DNA of 64,000 nt from Azolla caroliniana (Eukaryota > Plantae > Polypodiophyta): positions 1,984,001 through 2,048,000 of the forward strand of contig JBHGNT010000016.1 of NCBI GenBank assembly GCA_043228905.1, in the 5' to 3' direction. Both the position numbers and the translations under genes were made by a program. Below are positions 22,581 through 35,904 of the stretch, piece after piece (position 1 is the stretch's first letter; every line of letters begins with the position of its first letter). The notes under the pieces were generated by a model. That model was given only the letters and a program-made list of their open reading frames with translations, was not told the DNA's origin and did no database searches.

Positions 22581-24761
22581 ATGCAGACACTAAGAAACAG
22601 AGCACATCTCTGCTCTGCATGTATGAACCGCCTTGAGCGTAATGGATTTTCGACACAGGTAGTACCGCCTTCTGCTTCTCTAACGGAAGCGTCCATCAAA
22701 GATCTGTGCGAAATGGGGCAGGTTGACAGAGCTCTAGATGCCCTATTGCCACTCTCTGAACCATCAGACCACATTTATATGGCATTGCTCAAGGCTTGCA
22801 ACAAAATAAAATCTCTTCTCCGTGTTCAATATGTGCACTACCACATCACAAAGCACATGATATCAAGTCCCAATGGATCTCTGGGTAACTATTTGGTCAT
22901 AACACTAGCAAAATGTGGCGCTTTTGACGACGCGTATGATGTGTTCAAGGGTTTGTCTAAGCACAATGCTGTCACATGGACGCGTATTCTATCTTCTTAT
23001 ATAGATATTGGTCGTGTCTGTGATGCCATTGGTATATATGAATGTATGAGAGAAGAAGGTATAATGCCAGATGCTGCTACTTTTGTTCGCTTGCTTAAAG
23101 CTTGTGGCAGTCTCTCTAATTTAGAAGCAGGAAAAAAGCTTCATTTAGATGCTGAACATATGAACTTTATCTCTAATGTCTATGTAAATACCACATTGAT
23201 AAGCATGTATGGTAAATGCAAATCAATGACATTGGCGGAAAATGTGTTTAGTGGCCTAATTGAGCGTAATATTGTGACATGGAATGCCATGCTCACAGTA
23301 TATGTTGAACAAGAGCAAGCTGAGAGAGCTTTACAACTATATCGACAATTGCATGAAGAAGGTATCATTCCTAATGAAAGGACTATAATGACTTCCATTC
23401 AAGCATGTGGAATCCTTGGAGAGAAATTAGAGAAAGGTGTTAACCATGGGTACATATCGACTAAATCTATATCTTTACACATCGGTCGAGCATTGCATTC
23501 TGAAGCCTGGAAGAAAGGTTTTGTTTCACATGTGTTTGTTTCTAATACACTGCTGAGTATGTATGGTAAATGTGGATCGGTTAATGAAGCAGAATTTGTA
23601 TTTAACTCATTGTCAGATTGTGATGTTGTGTCATGGAACGCTATGCTGTCCACGTTCATCGACAATGGGGAAGCAAGAAAGGCCTTACAGATTTATAAGA
23701 AGTTGTGGGAAGAGAATGTGTCACCAAACACATTAACTCTCACAATGGCATTGCAAGCATGTGGTATTCTAGCAGAGAAGAAAGAAAACTTTGGTTTGGA
23801 TGGAATATCAAGCAAGATGGTATCGTGGAAAATTGGCAAGGGGTTACATCATGATATCCGAGAGAATGGACAGGATGTAGACGTATTTGTAGGAAGCGCA
23901 CTAGTGAATATGTATGGGAAGTGTGGGACTATTGCTGAAGCTGAGAATGTATTCATTGGATTGAACCATATAGACATTGTATCATTAAATGCCATGCTGT
24001 CAGCCTATGTCGACCAAGGTGAAGGAGAAAGGGCTTTAGCGCTTTTCACAGATATGCAAAAAGAACAGTTAGGTATGGATATGACCACTATTCTCTGCCT
24101 TCTGCAAGTGTGTAGACAAACTGGCATCATGGATACTTGTTGGGAACTTTATTTTACGTTCATCTCCAGTGGGCACACTATGAGTGCGTTACTAGCAACC
24201 ACACTTATTCATGTATTTGGTAGCTTTGCGAGCATCGAAGATGCACAAGCAATTTTCGACCTGGTATGCTATCCAAATGTGGCTATATGGACAGCAAATA
24301 TTACAGGATATGCTAGAGAAGGTAGTTTTATTTCATGCCTGCAGTTGTTTGAAGAGATGCAATTTTGTGGGATTATGCCTAATGATGTAACATATCTCTT
24401 ACTACTCTATGTTTGTAACCATGCTGGAATAGTAGATAAAGCATCTGCCTACTTTAAATGCATCAATATAGATGTTGGTACTCTACCAAACTTGAGGCAT
24501 TATGCTTGTATGATGGATATTCTTGGACGAGCCGGAGATTTTTGTAAAGTGATGAACATGTTGAAGAGTATGCCACTTGAGGGTGACTTGTCTTTCTGGA
24601 TGGGTTTGCTTGGTGCATGTCGTATACATGGAAATGCTGACCTCGGAAAACATGCATTTGATCTTGCAGTGCAACTTCATCCCAAAGAAGCCAGTGCATA
24701 TATCATGATGTCAAATATCTATGGTGATGCTTATAATCAACACCACGATGATTTGGTTTGA
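22581..24761 (+). CDS. PLS-class PPR protein with E domain and no DYW
   Basis: 726-aa ORF with PLS motifs (TTLISMYGKC, VSWNAMLS, TFVRLLKAC) and an E domain (FWMGLLGACRIHG...AYIMMSNIY). The Arg/Ser-rich N-terminus is compatible with an organellar transit peptide. Confidence 0.93.
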   Translation: MQTLRNRAHLCSACMNRLERNGFSTQVVPPSASLTEASIKDLCEMGQVDRALDALLPLSEPSDHIYMALLKACNKIKSLLRVQYVHYHITKHMISSPNGSLGNYLVITLAKCGAFDDAYDVFKGLSKHNAVTWTRILSSYIDIGRVCDAIGIYECMREEGIMPDAATFVRLLKACGSLSNLEAGKKLHLDAEHMNFISNVYVNTTLISMYGKCKSMTLAENVFSGLIERNIVTWNAMLTVYVEQEQAERALQLYRQLHEEGIIPNERTIMTSIQACGILGEKLEKGVNHGYISTKSISLHIGRALHSEAWKKGFVSHVFVSNTLLSMYGKCGSVNEAEFVFNSLSDCDVVSWNAMLSTFIDNGEARKALQIYKKLWEENVSPNTLTLTMALQACGILAEKKENFGLDGISSKMVSWKIGKGLHHDIRENGQDVDVFVGSALVNMYGKCGTIAEAENVFIGLNHIDIVSLNAMLSAYVDQGEGERALALFTDMQKEQLGMDMTTILCLLQVCRQTGIMDTCWELYFTFISSGHTMSALLATTLIHVFGSFASIEDAQAIFDLVCYPNVAIWTANITGYAREGSFISCLQLFEEMQFCGIMPNDVTYLLLLYVCNHAGIVDKASAYFKCINIDVGTLPNLRHYACMMDILGRAGDFCKVMNMLKSMPLEGDLSFWMGLLGACRIHGNADLGKHAFDLAVQLHPKEASAYIMMSNIYGDAYNQHHDDLV

Positions 24762-25499
24762 AATATTATGTGCACTCTATGTTGTCCACTATTACAAGAG
24801 TGAGTGTGCATGCATGTATCTATGCATGTATTACATATGTATATGTCTCACATCTTAAAAGAAGGCAATATCTGATCCCTGTGTGATGTAAACCTCGTCA
24901 TTTATGGGGCTCATGGTGTTATTATTCTTGGGGAGTCTATGCGTGCATTTGTTTTAGTAACCATATTAACTCATATGGCAACTTCCAGCCACAGCTTCAT
25001 GTAGCCTTAGTAGACCAAATTTAGCATTGCCTAGTCATACACATTCTTTGTATTGCAGGAAGTGAATCATTTCCAAACTTGTAAAGCCAATTGTCAATTA
25101 GCAAACTTGTAAAGAGTACATGGTTTCAAACTGAAGTGTGAAGGTTTATTTTCTAATGGGTCTTTGCACAAGTGGGTTCAAGAGTATTATCACCTCATTT
25201 TCAATTTGTCTTTGATGATTTTGTGGTTTTGGGGGTGATGGCATAATTGGTATACGAGGAATGAGTTTTTGTTTGGTGGACAATTTGGAATCTATAAGCA
25301 CATCTAAAGTTTGACTAAATGATCGTCGCATTGATAGTTTCATTTGTTGTAAAAGTTAAGTATGCTAGATGGAGAGGAATTTTGATTGTGTAACTTGGTT
25401 GGCCACCATATCCACCATTCGCCTTTGGACCACATATCTCTCTAGATTTTATGAGCTTGGGGGAGTCATACTTTTCAGTGTTCTATTTGTATGGTAGTC

Positions 25500-25501
<2 letters not shown>

Positions 25502-25536
<35 letters not shown>

Positions 25537-25654
25537 AAATGGATGTAGCTAAGATGAGAAAATTGGGTTTCGAATATGTAGTGTGAGTAGTCTAACAACT
25601 TCCCACTAGGGTAAGTTAATTATGATAAAAGAGAGAGAGAGAGAGAGAGAGAGA
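25502..25654. repeat. Two (AG)n microsatellites
   Basis: Runs at about 25502-25534 and about 25630-25654. Confidence 0.9.
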
Positions 25655-27955
25655 TACTTGTGATCTTGTTCGTCTTTTGTCAAACTCATAACAATGATAT
25701 GTGGGCTATTAAGCTATTTCTCGAAGATGACAACTAATTTATTTGATAAGAAAATTATAAACATGCTGGTGTGAAGGAGAAAGTAAAGGCTTAATGATAT
25801 ACTAATTAGAAAATAATAAACATGATGGTGTCAAAGTTAAGGGTTCAATGATGTATGAATTGACTTAATTATAATCGATTAATTCATTCCTAGTGGTAAA
25901 ACGAGAGGCTTGCATGATAGGATGTCAAGTTTTTTTATATACGGATGACATTGTTTAAAATCAGATCAATAAAGGCATTCGCAACCAATAGAAAAAATAT
26001 ATGCATAATCATAAACTTGAACATATTTCATTTCTATATTCAGCAATGCCACAAAAGTGCTAGTGAGCTAGTTTTTTATAAGTTTTCCTCTTGTGTAAGG
26101 AAGGATTGACTTTCGATCGTAAATCTTTGTCTTTCATACTTTCTATTATTAGAGCATTGACTTATACTTGTTGTTGGTCAAATATTGTCATGCAGTGTGG
26201 ACTACTCGCACTTATAAACATCAATATAAATAAAATAGAGCATTATTTTAGAAAATGTTCACAACTTCTTATCATTGAAATATGTATATGGATGCGTGGA
26301 TGCATTTGCTTCCTCAAAAACTTGTTTATACATATAGTTAGTATGTGCTTGTCCCTACTCGTTCATTGAATTTTGTAGACGTTTTGGAGCAAAATGCCAT
26401 GGATTCAGTGAGCCCCCACCCACTCATATCTATGAAGAGCATGTTAATTGCAAACACCTTTTAGCCAATGAGAGAGGATGTGGTAGCAATGTTCATCCCT
26501 CCAATGTCCTTTGGAGCATATACACCTTTTAACTATTAATCATGGGAAATCATCTTAATCCTACATGATTCCAAAATCGCTTTAGCGCATGCATATTCAT
26601 CACTATCACACCCCCATGATAAATGTATCTCTATGGAGTGTTGTTTCATGTGACTACTAAGTTTATTCGTGGCTAGAAACTATGGTAATATGTGTTTGAT
26701 GCTCAACAATGGGGCTTGTAACCTGTCAATTATAGAATTTATTAATAATGGAAGTTGTATCCTTTATTAAATATTAAATAATCCATCTTTTGTATGCTAC
26801 ATGACAAAAATGCAATAGAAAACTTTGGACTTGAAAAGGGCCCTTTAGATATTAAATTGGGGCCAATAGAACGAGGGTAGTTATGAGAGTCCTACATGTT
26901 GAAAAGAAAGATACAGAACCTTTTCATTATATGAGCGCTAAATAGGATGGAATGGAAACTCTATAATTGCCAAATTAACACTTGTCAAATAAATGGGCAT
27001 GTTAGAAGGTTTGGAGGAAAGCAACATATGGATCTAGAAAATTACCTTTCGAGTTAATGGTGTGCTTCTTGGAGGCCCTTTTGAGGATTAGATTATTTTT
27101 TTGAATGACCAACATGTTATCATGATCAGATTTAGTTAGGAAAAGCTCATATCAAATTGATAATAATAGCATTGATGTATGTATCAAACACTAGAATTGT
27201 GTGCCATGACTTATAAAATGAAAGCATCCATTTTCAAATGAATCATGTGATTGAACAACCAACCCATTAAAAACGATCGATAGTTATTTCCAAGGTAAGC
27301 TAGAACTCACACTTTCTCATGTAACATGGAGTATAATTAAACTATGGAGACATGTAACATATAAATTGTCCATGTTAACAATATCAACTAGGAGGAAAGA
27401 CGTTGAATTGCATATGCATATATTATATTACATGCCTTCACTACGATGCAACTCTACATGGATCCAAATATGATAATTATAGGGTGTTAGGACTTGCATC
27501 TTGGTGTTTCAAGTTTCAAGTTATATATACAAAATAATAGTATGAATGTGCGACATTGGCCACCCTTTCCACATGAACATTAAGGCGGGTTGGACGTTGA
27601 CCTAAAAAATTAGGATTGAATGAATGAGGATAAGAGGGGTTTATATAATAGAATCTTACCTATTTATATATATATATATATATTACAGTTCTTGTTTTTA
27701 ATAACAAGGAAGACTCGAAGTGCAAGTTGTTGCTTGTGGAATTATAATTCACATTTGTTATTGTAATTGTCTTGAGAAATCCTCTCGTTGAAGATTTGAA
27801 AACGCATGTATGTATTGTATCATGTATGCATGCATTTCTGTACATTGAGTTGTATGTATGTATCTATGATATGTATGCATTTATATATGAAGTGTATGTA
27901 TGTATATGTATTTATATAATGAATTGTATGTCAGTATGTATACATATATAATTTA

Positions 27956-28283
27956 GGGAAAAGTACTAGGATACCCCTGGAAATTCGTCTATTTACCATA
28001 ATGCCCTTGGAAGTTCCAAATTTACCAAACTACCCCTATGTCCAAAAAATTACACTTTATAAAGTAATTATACACTCAAATCTTTGGCAAATAGGGCTAG
28101 TTCAGGTCCATACCAAAGATGGAAGAAATGGACCTGAACTAGCCCTATTTGCCAAAGATTTGAGTGTATAATTACTTTATAAAGTGTAATTTTTTGGACA
28201 TAGGGGTAGTTTGGTAAATTTAGAACTTTTAGGGGCATTCTGGTAAATAGATAAACTTCCAGGGGTATCCTCGTACTTTTCCC
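27956..28283. mobile_element. Mutator-type foldback MITE
   Basis: Inverted arms of about 156 bp (GGGAAAAGTAC...GTACTTTTCCC) surround a 16-nt loop. The 9-bp flanks are TATAATTTA / TATAACTTA (8/9 match). Confidence 0.88.
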
Positions 28284-28355
28284 TATAACTTATAACCAAA
28301 TTTATAATGATCAACCAGTTAAAATGCCATTAAATGCCTTGGCAATTAAATTGTT

Positions 28356-28484
28356 GGAGATGTGATGGAAGATTTTGCAAGAATTCCAATATACATATGG
28401 AGATGTGATAGGAAGATTTTGCAGGAATTCCAATATACATATGGAGATGTGATGGAAGATTTTGCAGGAATTCCAATATACATA
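28356..28484. repeat. Minisatellite, 3 x 43-44 bp
   Basis: GGAGATGTGATGGAAGATTTTGCAGGAATTCCAATATACATAT occurs at 28356, 28399 and 28443. Confidence 0.92.
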
Positions 28485-29138
28485 CTGCAAGGATTGTACA
28501 TACAAGCTTACACAAACAGAGCTTATAAATTCGAAGCAGCTCTAATGAGCAGGTCGGACAAATATTAAACCACGACGGAAATTCATATACTGCTAGGTTT
28601 GTTTCGCAATCCTCCGCTCAGACATTATACTTTTTGTGGAAACTTTGGAATTATGACACCCTCAGATGAGAGATAATGTGGTGGTTTTAGCAAGACTATT
28701 TATTACAGAAATTACATGATTTTATTCGAAAGTGACTCATAGCTGGGGGGACATTATGGATGGATTGGATGGATTGTCATAATAAAAAATCAGTCGAAGC
28801 TCTTTCGATTTTGAACACGAGACTCATCTAAGGCTCGTAGAGTTAATCAATCAATAATCACTTCCTTTCGCTTGACACTACATCTATAGCACTTCATCAA
28901 ATTTCCGCCTTTTTCAGTTTCATTGTATCTGAAGAACATTGCATGTAAATTGTACTAAATATGCAGGATCCATGGCGCTATCAGGTGTAACTAATATGTG
29001 GATGCTTTAACAGTAACTAGTAATTATACATCAAGGAACTTGTAGTTTTTTGCATCGAAGGAATGTTGGATGAATTGGTAAGGATCATACAGGAGTGTTG
29101 TAAATTGTAATCAAATGAATCAGAATGACAGTAACTGA

Positions 29139-32100
29139 TTAATGTGGTAGTTGCGGCTGGGGGATTAAGAAGGATGCAATGGCTGCGGCAAGAGCTTCAG
29201 TGGCGGTATTAGTGTCGAGATTAGCAATCATGCTTATTGCATCATGGTAATTAGCAACACTATGATTAGGATTACTTTCATCATTAGCAGCATTACTTTG
29301 ATTACTGCGGCTGCTGTTGCTGTCTTGAATATAATTGTATGCATGATTACTGCTATTTAGTGGCTGGGTGGAATTATTAATCACATCAGCGGCAGCACTT
29401 AATTTGGATGTGGCCCTGATTGCAGCGGCTACCGCATCATCAACAAACTGCAGGCGTTCATATTGACGATCAACAGTATCGTTATCGTAATAATCCACAT
29501 CGATTAACTGTTGGGAGCTGTTGATCTCTATAACATGGTTGGGCAGAGGCGCAGTGGGTACATGGGGATGGAGGATCGGGTCGTCGGTTCGATCCATGGC
29601 TATGGTGTTCTGGTTTGGATGAAGACTTATGGAAGGTGAGGAATTAGGGTTTTGGCCTTTGGTGAGGTCAAGGGTGATCTCAGTTTGCATCACAGGCAGA
29701 AAAGAAGCAGATGAAGATGAAGAAGACGAAGCAGACGCAGAAGAAGAAGTGGTATAATGATAGTGAACCCTAGAAGCAGAAGAAGAAGAAGCAGCAGCAG
29801 AAGAAGAAGTAGTAGATGGCGAGAAGGCCATGTCTGCTGCCGCCGAGGTCATGAACGCCATGACCGACGCTGCAGGAGACAGCGCGTGGTTGTGCGTCCC
29901 TTCATATGTGGTTATCAGAACGCTCCGATCCTCTACACACCTCTGTACCTATATATATATATACCACATTTCGCCATCGCCATCGCCGCCATCATTATGC
30001 AGACAAAAAAAAGACATTAAAATCCACAGAAATACTCCAAATACAACCCCCCATTCTTCCATCATTTCAGTGAAGTACCAGCTTATTTCATGATCCAAGT
30101 ACGACATCTAGTACGATATCGTACGTCCACACTAGCCTTATGATCTGTAGAGTGCTGTATTTGTACTATAATCTGTACTCTGATTTTGTACTGAAATTAG
30201 AAGTCAGAGAGTTTCTGTAGTATGTTTAGATCTGACATCGCCATCGCCATTGTCGTGAATCGTGATCATCTCAGCTGCAACTTCATGTGGATTGCATGAT
30301 CCAAATTTACAAGATCGCCTAATCTCTCAGCCACGAAACTATAATCAATGAATCTAATGATAATTAACGCACTACATATGGGCAAGATTCAAGCACCCGA
30401 TTCCCGTATTACCATTAATCAAGTAGTGATTGACGATAGATTAGTTTTAATTGCGAATGTAATTGATTACCTGTTTGCGCACTGGGCATGAAGGCACCAT
30501 GGTGCATTTGTAGTAACTTCGCGGGCACGGGTTTGATTTCGCTGTTTTCTGTCCGTATTTCCTCCATTGACAGCCATCGCTCATCTGTAATGTATTATGT
30601 GATCAAGTTAACAATCATCAAACGATACGAAGGAGTGGTTTTGTTCTTACAGAATAAGGACGAAGGAAATAAGGGATGAACTGGCTATGGTAATTAGTAT
30701 TAATCATACTAATTAACCTATGGTACCATGGGGGCTGAGGTTCTGGCTCGAACCGATACACGCGCTTTCCTAAACACTGGTGGTTGGACGGCTAATGATG
30801 CTTCCTTAATCGTCCACTGCTCACTAATTACATTCTTCTTCTGACTAATCTCATCCTCCTGAATCGCCGTACTGTCTGTTGCCGAATCAAAGGTATTGTC
30901 GGTGGCATGATTAATGATGGGATGGGTACAACTATTGTTAATTGTCACGTTACTCGCATTCATCTCTCGTGTTAATCCCGTTTGTTGATCTATCTTTAGC
31001 TTCTTCGTTACATGCTTATTATAATCACTGTTATTATGATCCCTACTTTTCTGATGATCGACATCACTGTTAGGAATAGATCCTGTCCTAATTACATTTC
31101 CCTGAGTTGGCCCACGATCATGATCTGGTGGTTCTATAGTCTTCGTTATCAGCGTGGGATTCCTTGTCTGAAATTGATTCTGATCATCATGCGGATGATT
31201 AATCATCCTCGAACTAATTTCCTGCTTAACCATGAAATTATCAATTCCAAAAACATGGCCCCAATTGCAACCATGAATAATTAATTATCGAAACAAATTA
31301 TGGGTAGAGTGGAATCGGGGTACTTGATTCGATCCATGAGGAGGTTTAATGATAAGCTGATGCTTGATTAGGGTATCAAAATGTCTGTGCATTAGGTCTG
31401 AATAATTCGAAGTTATTTCCGAGACCTTCCTCCTTAATTCCTCGTTTTCATCCCTCATCTCAGCAATATCTCTCTGAAGCTTCGACAGCTGCTGCAATAA
31501 CTCATTGTTAGTCTATATATATCTTTCACTAACAATTGCATTGGAGCTAATATCCTGTGATTTGTAATTAATGACAATTCTAACGAGCATTAAAGTAACT
31601 AGAAGGCACCTGTCAATTATAGCATAAGATTAAGGTTAATTATCTGAGGATTAACCATTTAAACCTAAATCTGTCCTAAATTTTGTAATAATGAGCAGCA
31701 AAGAGTGAGAACCGTAGAGGTGACGAAATGTCTGAATACTGTGATTACTGCTAATAATGAGTAATTAAGGTTATGATCACTCATAGCTTACACTTGATCT
31801 CGCCATTAACTGACGCTGCTGCTCGAGAGGAGAATTCTTATAATCAGCGGCACTACTCCACAGAGAGAGATCGGTGGACGTATAATCAATACCGAGGTTA
31901 TTTTCCGTACCATTATCCAGCATAACAAATTGATCTGCAGTGTGGTTAAGCAAGAGGCCGTCGCTATTGACAGCTCTGACAGCATCATTAGAGGCCGCTA
32001 ATCGTGATGAATCGTCGTTGTTAGAGAGATAATCGCGGGTGAGTTGGGAGGCGATGGAGATACTGGCAGCATCATCCGTTCTAATCACGCCATTAATCTC

Positions 32101-32244
32101 CTCCTTAATGCTGGAATAATCTTTGATCTGATCATGATGTGTTGTGATGAATGGAGGAGCAATACTAGCATCACTGGCATCATCGTGGCATGGATTACTG
32201 TAATGGGTTTCGATATTGCTCTGATCAGTATGACTAACTCCCAT
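29139..32244 (-). CDS. WRKY transcription factor, group IIb-like (N-terminal coiled coil, single WRKY domain, C-X5-C zinc finger), 5 exons
   Basis: Exons are about 32244-31792, 31491-31324, 31221-30727, 30584-30471 and 29948-29139. The protein reads [47 protein letters not shown]|[27 protein letters not shown] and ALAAAIAS. The intron at KQ|VQ is typical of groups IIa/IIb. The N-terminal exon limits are less certain. Confidence 0.9.
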
Positions 32245-32404
32245 GAGGGATTATTATATAGAATGAAAGTTTGGCCTGGTAAAGCTGATGTGATTAGCAG
32301 CAGATGCAGTCAGGGAGCAGATGAAGAAGGTATTGATTAGGGTCTATATGTAGGATGGGAAGGGCGATTAATGGGTAATTAAAATTGAATTAGAGATTAA
32401 GGCA

Positions 32405-32470
32405 GTTGCTGACAGTCAGGATTCGAACCTACGACCTTAGATTATGAAATGCTTATTCTCAAAACGTATT
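32405..32470 (-). pseudogene. Degenerate tRNA-like fragment (CAT anticodon context) or SINE head
   Basis: The minus strand reads ...TTTCATAATCTAAGGTCGTAGGTTCGAATCCTG, an anticodon loop plus T-arm. The 5' half does not fold convincingly. Confidence 0.45.
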
Positions 32471-35400
32471 AAGTCGGTTATGAAAGTCTTCGGAATATTT
32501 TAATTTTTTATTTCAATCAAATAATTTTCTACTTTTTGTAAATTAGTATTTTATGTAAATTCCTCGGTTTCTGCTTTTGGGATAGGGCCCATTTCTTTTT
32601 CTTTCCTAATTAAGTAAGTCTTGGGAAGGAACTTTACCACGAACGAATGGATAATGGCGATAGGATGGTAGAACCTACCTCAACAAAATAATAATGTTGT
32701 GGGCAATTTGAGTAAGTGGCCAATGACAAAGTGATTCTATTTGTACTTTCTTTCACGATTCAAGCCGGCTTCTACTTACTTGTTTTGGGTCTGACATTGC
32801 ACCCAGGGTAAAATATATATGGTCATGGAAGCCTAGGTGTTGTCATGTGCAGCCAAATATATTGTATTTGTCTTGGATCGTTGCCTAGGTTTTGTCGCTT
32901 GTGTTCGAATGTCATATTGATTGTTCATTCTTCCGTCATGAATCTCTTAGACTTCATCCGAAGAGAGTTTTCGATTCTTTTACATGACATGGTTCGCTAA
33001 GTTTGGCATTTGTCCTTGTCATGCTAAATTAGGAGACTTTAGGAGAGCTATCTAGATTATTAGTGCCAATGGCATCGTTGAATATAATGTACAACGTGGC
33101 TTACGGTATTTCAAACGATGCTTCATCCTTCAATTGATGCAGTGACGATAAATTTAACCCTGAATATAAAAGCCCATAGATGATAATTTTCCACACTTCA
33201 TTAATGACGGACTTGGGCATTGTCCATGTACACCTTCCTAGCCATTTACACTATTTTCATGAGTTGTACATGGAGAATCATTTAAAGATTAGGCTTTGAC
33301 TACGTTTTCCATTTGTTTAAAGAATCTAGTAGCGTGGCAAGCTCAAATTCAGATCAAAATGAATGAAATAATGTGTTAATCCTATCAATAATGGGTTTTA
33401 ACAACTCATAAACATGAACATACCATTAAAATATATATCAATAAGCATGTCATGGATGCATTTACTGACGAGACTAACATGGATTTCTATATCAATGGTG
33501 GTTGTATATAAGGGAACCGGAATATGCAACCTATGAACATGAATATATCATGGATGTTGATGAACATGCAATGAAATTTCTGCCCATAATGCATAGAACT
33601 AGGGGAACTTGAGTTCACAAATCAAGGGTCATGAACCCAAGCTCTAGGCTTGGAGAAAGCAAGGAATATTGAACATCAATGTACAAAAAACTATGCGTGG
33701 TTATTGAATATACACATCAAATAGGCCATGATGAGAGTACAAGGGAATCGGTTGGTATATCCAGCACAACCTTTTCATTTCTTATGATTTTATAATACCA
33801 CGACGTATCTTTTTATCAATAAATAAATAAATAACAATGTGTTAATACTAGGTTTAACTTTCCAAAACAATGACATGATAAGCTTCAAAATTATTATGCA
33901 CAACTTCCATTGCCACCATTCAATCTTTGTTCTAACGATCTCTCACAGAAATATTAGGCTTTAAGATGTACTAAACGTGGATTATCTCTACTTAGTTTTG
34001 TATGACAATGCCTGATCATGGTAATGTTGGTGCATGGGTGCCAATTAGATTGAACATTAAATATAGGTAAAGGGGTCAATCTCACTATATATGTACCTAT
34101 TGGTAGAGAATTTTGATGCATGTTTCCGTTTTAAACTTATTGGGGCTCCCTCGTGGGCAAAGCTCCTATCTCCAATATCACAGCTATAGAAACCTTTTCG
34201 GTATCATGTAAATCCTTCATATTAGCTTGCAAATTGATTATGTTTGGCTTTTAAGGGGAAAAGGTTTGCATCGAGTTCGAACATGAATTGTTTTCCACAA
34301 TATGTACATGTACTTGAGAATTGGATTGTGTGAAATATGATACACAATTTAGGTTCTTATTTGGTGAGTTGTGTAGAATGAATGGTTTTAACTTTTTTTA
34401 CATTAGAGGAGACGCGGTTGACCTTATTTTCCTTGCCCAATTACGAAAATTTGGACAAGTGTGAAACCAGTGCTTTTAGGCTCTAAATTTGCACAGAAAT
34501 TTAGGGTTTCCGAGTATTTGCAGTTCTTTGTTCTGCTCCACCCCCTGCCCTGTTTCTCTGCTTTAGAGAGGGTTTTGACGCGATGATGAAAAGAATAGAT
34601 ATGGTCTGAAGATGTTCAACTCCATCGCTGACGATTTCATATTCTCTTCACAGTTTGTATTTTCTGAGCGTCTCCTTGTCAAATTGGTTTGGCTACCTTC
34701 CATTCATCCTATCACAGCACACTCAGAATGATTCCTTGGAACTGTGGCTAATTCAAAGCTCAATATCTGTCTTAGTTCGATCTTTTCGTGTATCTAACTT
34801 AGATCAATGGTGGTAGTTTTTGTTGTCTTTGCTTGCGACAAATCCAGTCGTAGGAAGAATAAGCATAGGTCAAATGAAGGTTTGATTTTATTGTCTGCCT
34901 GTAACTAACTATCTATCCACTGGGATTGAAAATTCCACGAATCGTTCCGATTCTTTCCAGGCACACAAACAGTGATTCATTGCTACGTTAGGCGTATAGT
35001 CTCTTCAATCGTTTGCATGCGCAAGTCGAGTCGATGTTGATATGTCATTAACTGGTTGTGATTATATACACCAGGACTCAGGAATCCTTCAGTGAACGGT
35101 ATATAATGTAAATGGTCTTTAGGAAATCGCTTAGTGAATACATATGCATCACATTATGGGCATGTTAAAGATTATCCCTACGTAATGAAACAGAGAATCG
35201 TAGCTCACATTTTGCATAGCGCTATGAACGCTGAATTTTATAAATGTACTCAATCAATGATTACTGCAAAAGGCAAATAGAAGAATAGCTGAAGATAAAG
35301 GACGCATTGCCAAAGTAATTATTAGTTTTCTTACAAAAAAAAGCTTTGGATTTTGGCGAATTAGAACGGCTAAGAAAAACAGTACATATTCCCTTTGACC

Positions 35401-35848
35401 TCCTAAAACTTATTGCTATACTTGTATCTATTATTCTGCTAGTTTTACTCAATTTTCTTGAAGGTGGATGACACAATTTGTTCCTAAAAACTAAGACCAA
35501 GAAGTGGAATTCAGTTGAAAATCGTTGAAACAATTTGGTACTGAAGACAAGCAGGATATGTGGAGTTGGTATGATGAAGATATAGATGAAACAACATGGT
35601 GTTTAAAATGAAGGACTAGATTTGGAGGATAAATAGACGAACCATGTGGGTGCATGAATTGCACTGCTTTGTATTTTAGGGTTTTACTTTTGAAAATGCC
35701 CTATAAATTGGAGGAGCAGAAGCACCAGACTTGTTGAGAGAGCCTCGAAGCAGCGATATGAGGAAACGATACAAGCGCTTTTCTGAGTACTCTCGTACGC
35801 ATGAGCGACCTAAACTGTACAAATGGTTTTCAATCTGATCGATTGCTC

Positions 35849-35850
<2 letters not shown>

Positions 35851-35900
<50 letters not shown>
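35851..35900. repeat. (CT)n microsatellite
   Basis: Read directly from the sequence. Confidence 0.95.

Positions 35901-35904
<4 letters not shown>

Noticed and set aside
25100-27400. Possible retroelement remnant
   Set aside because: The sequence looks like decayed TE, but I could not read a diagnostic motif with confidence.
28356-28484. CRISPR-like array
   Set aside because: The repeats are head-to-tail with no unique spacers, there are no cas genes, and the context is eukaryotic.
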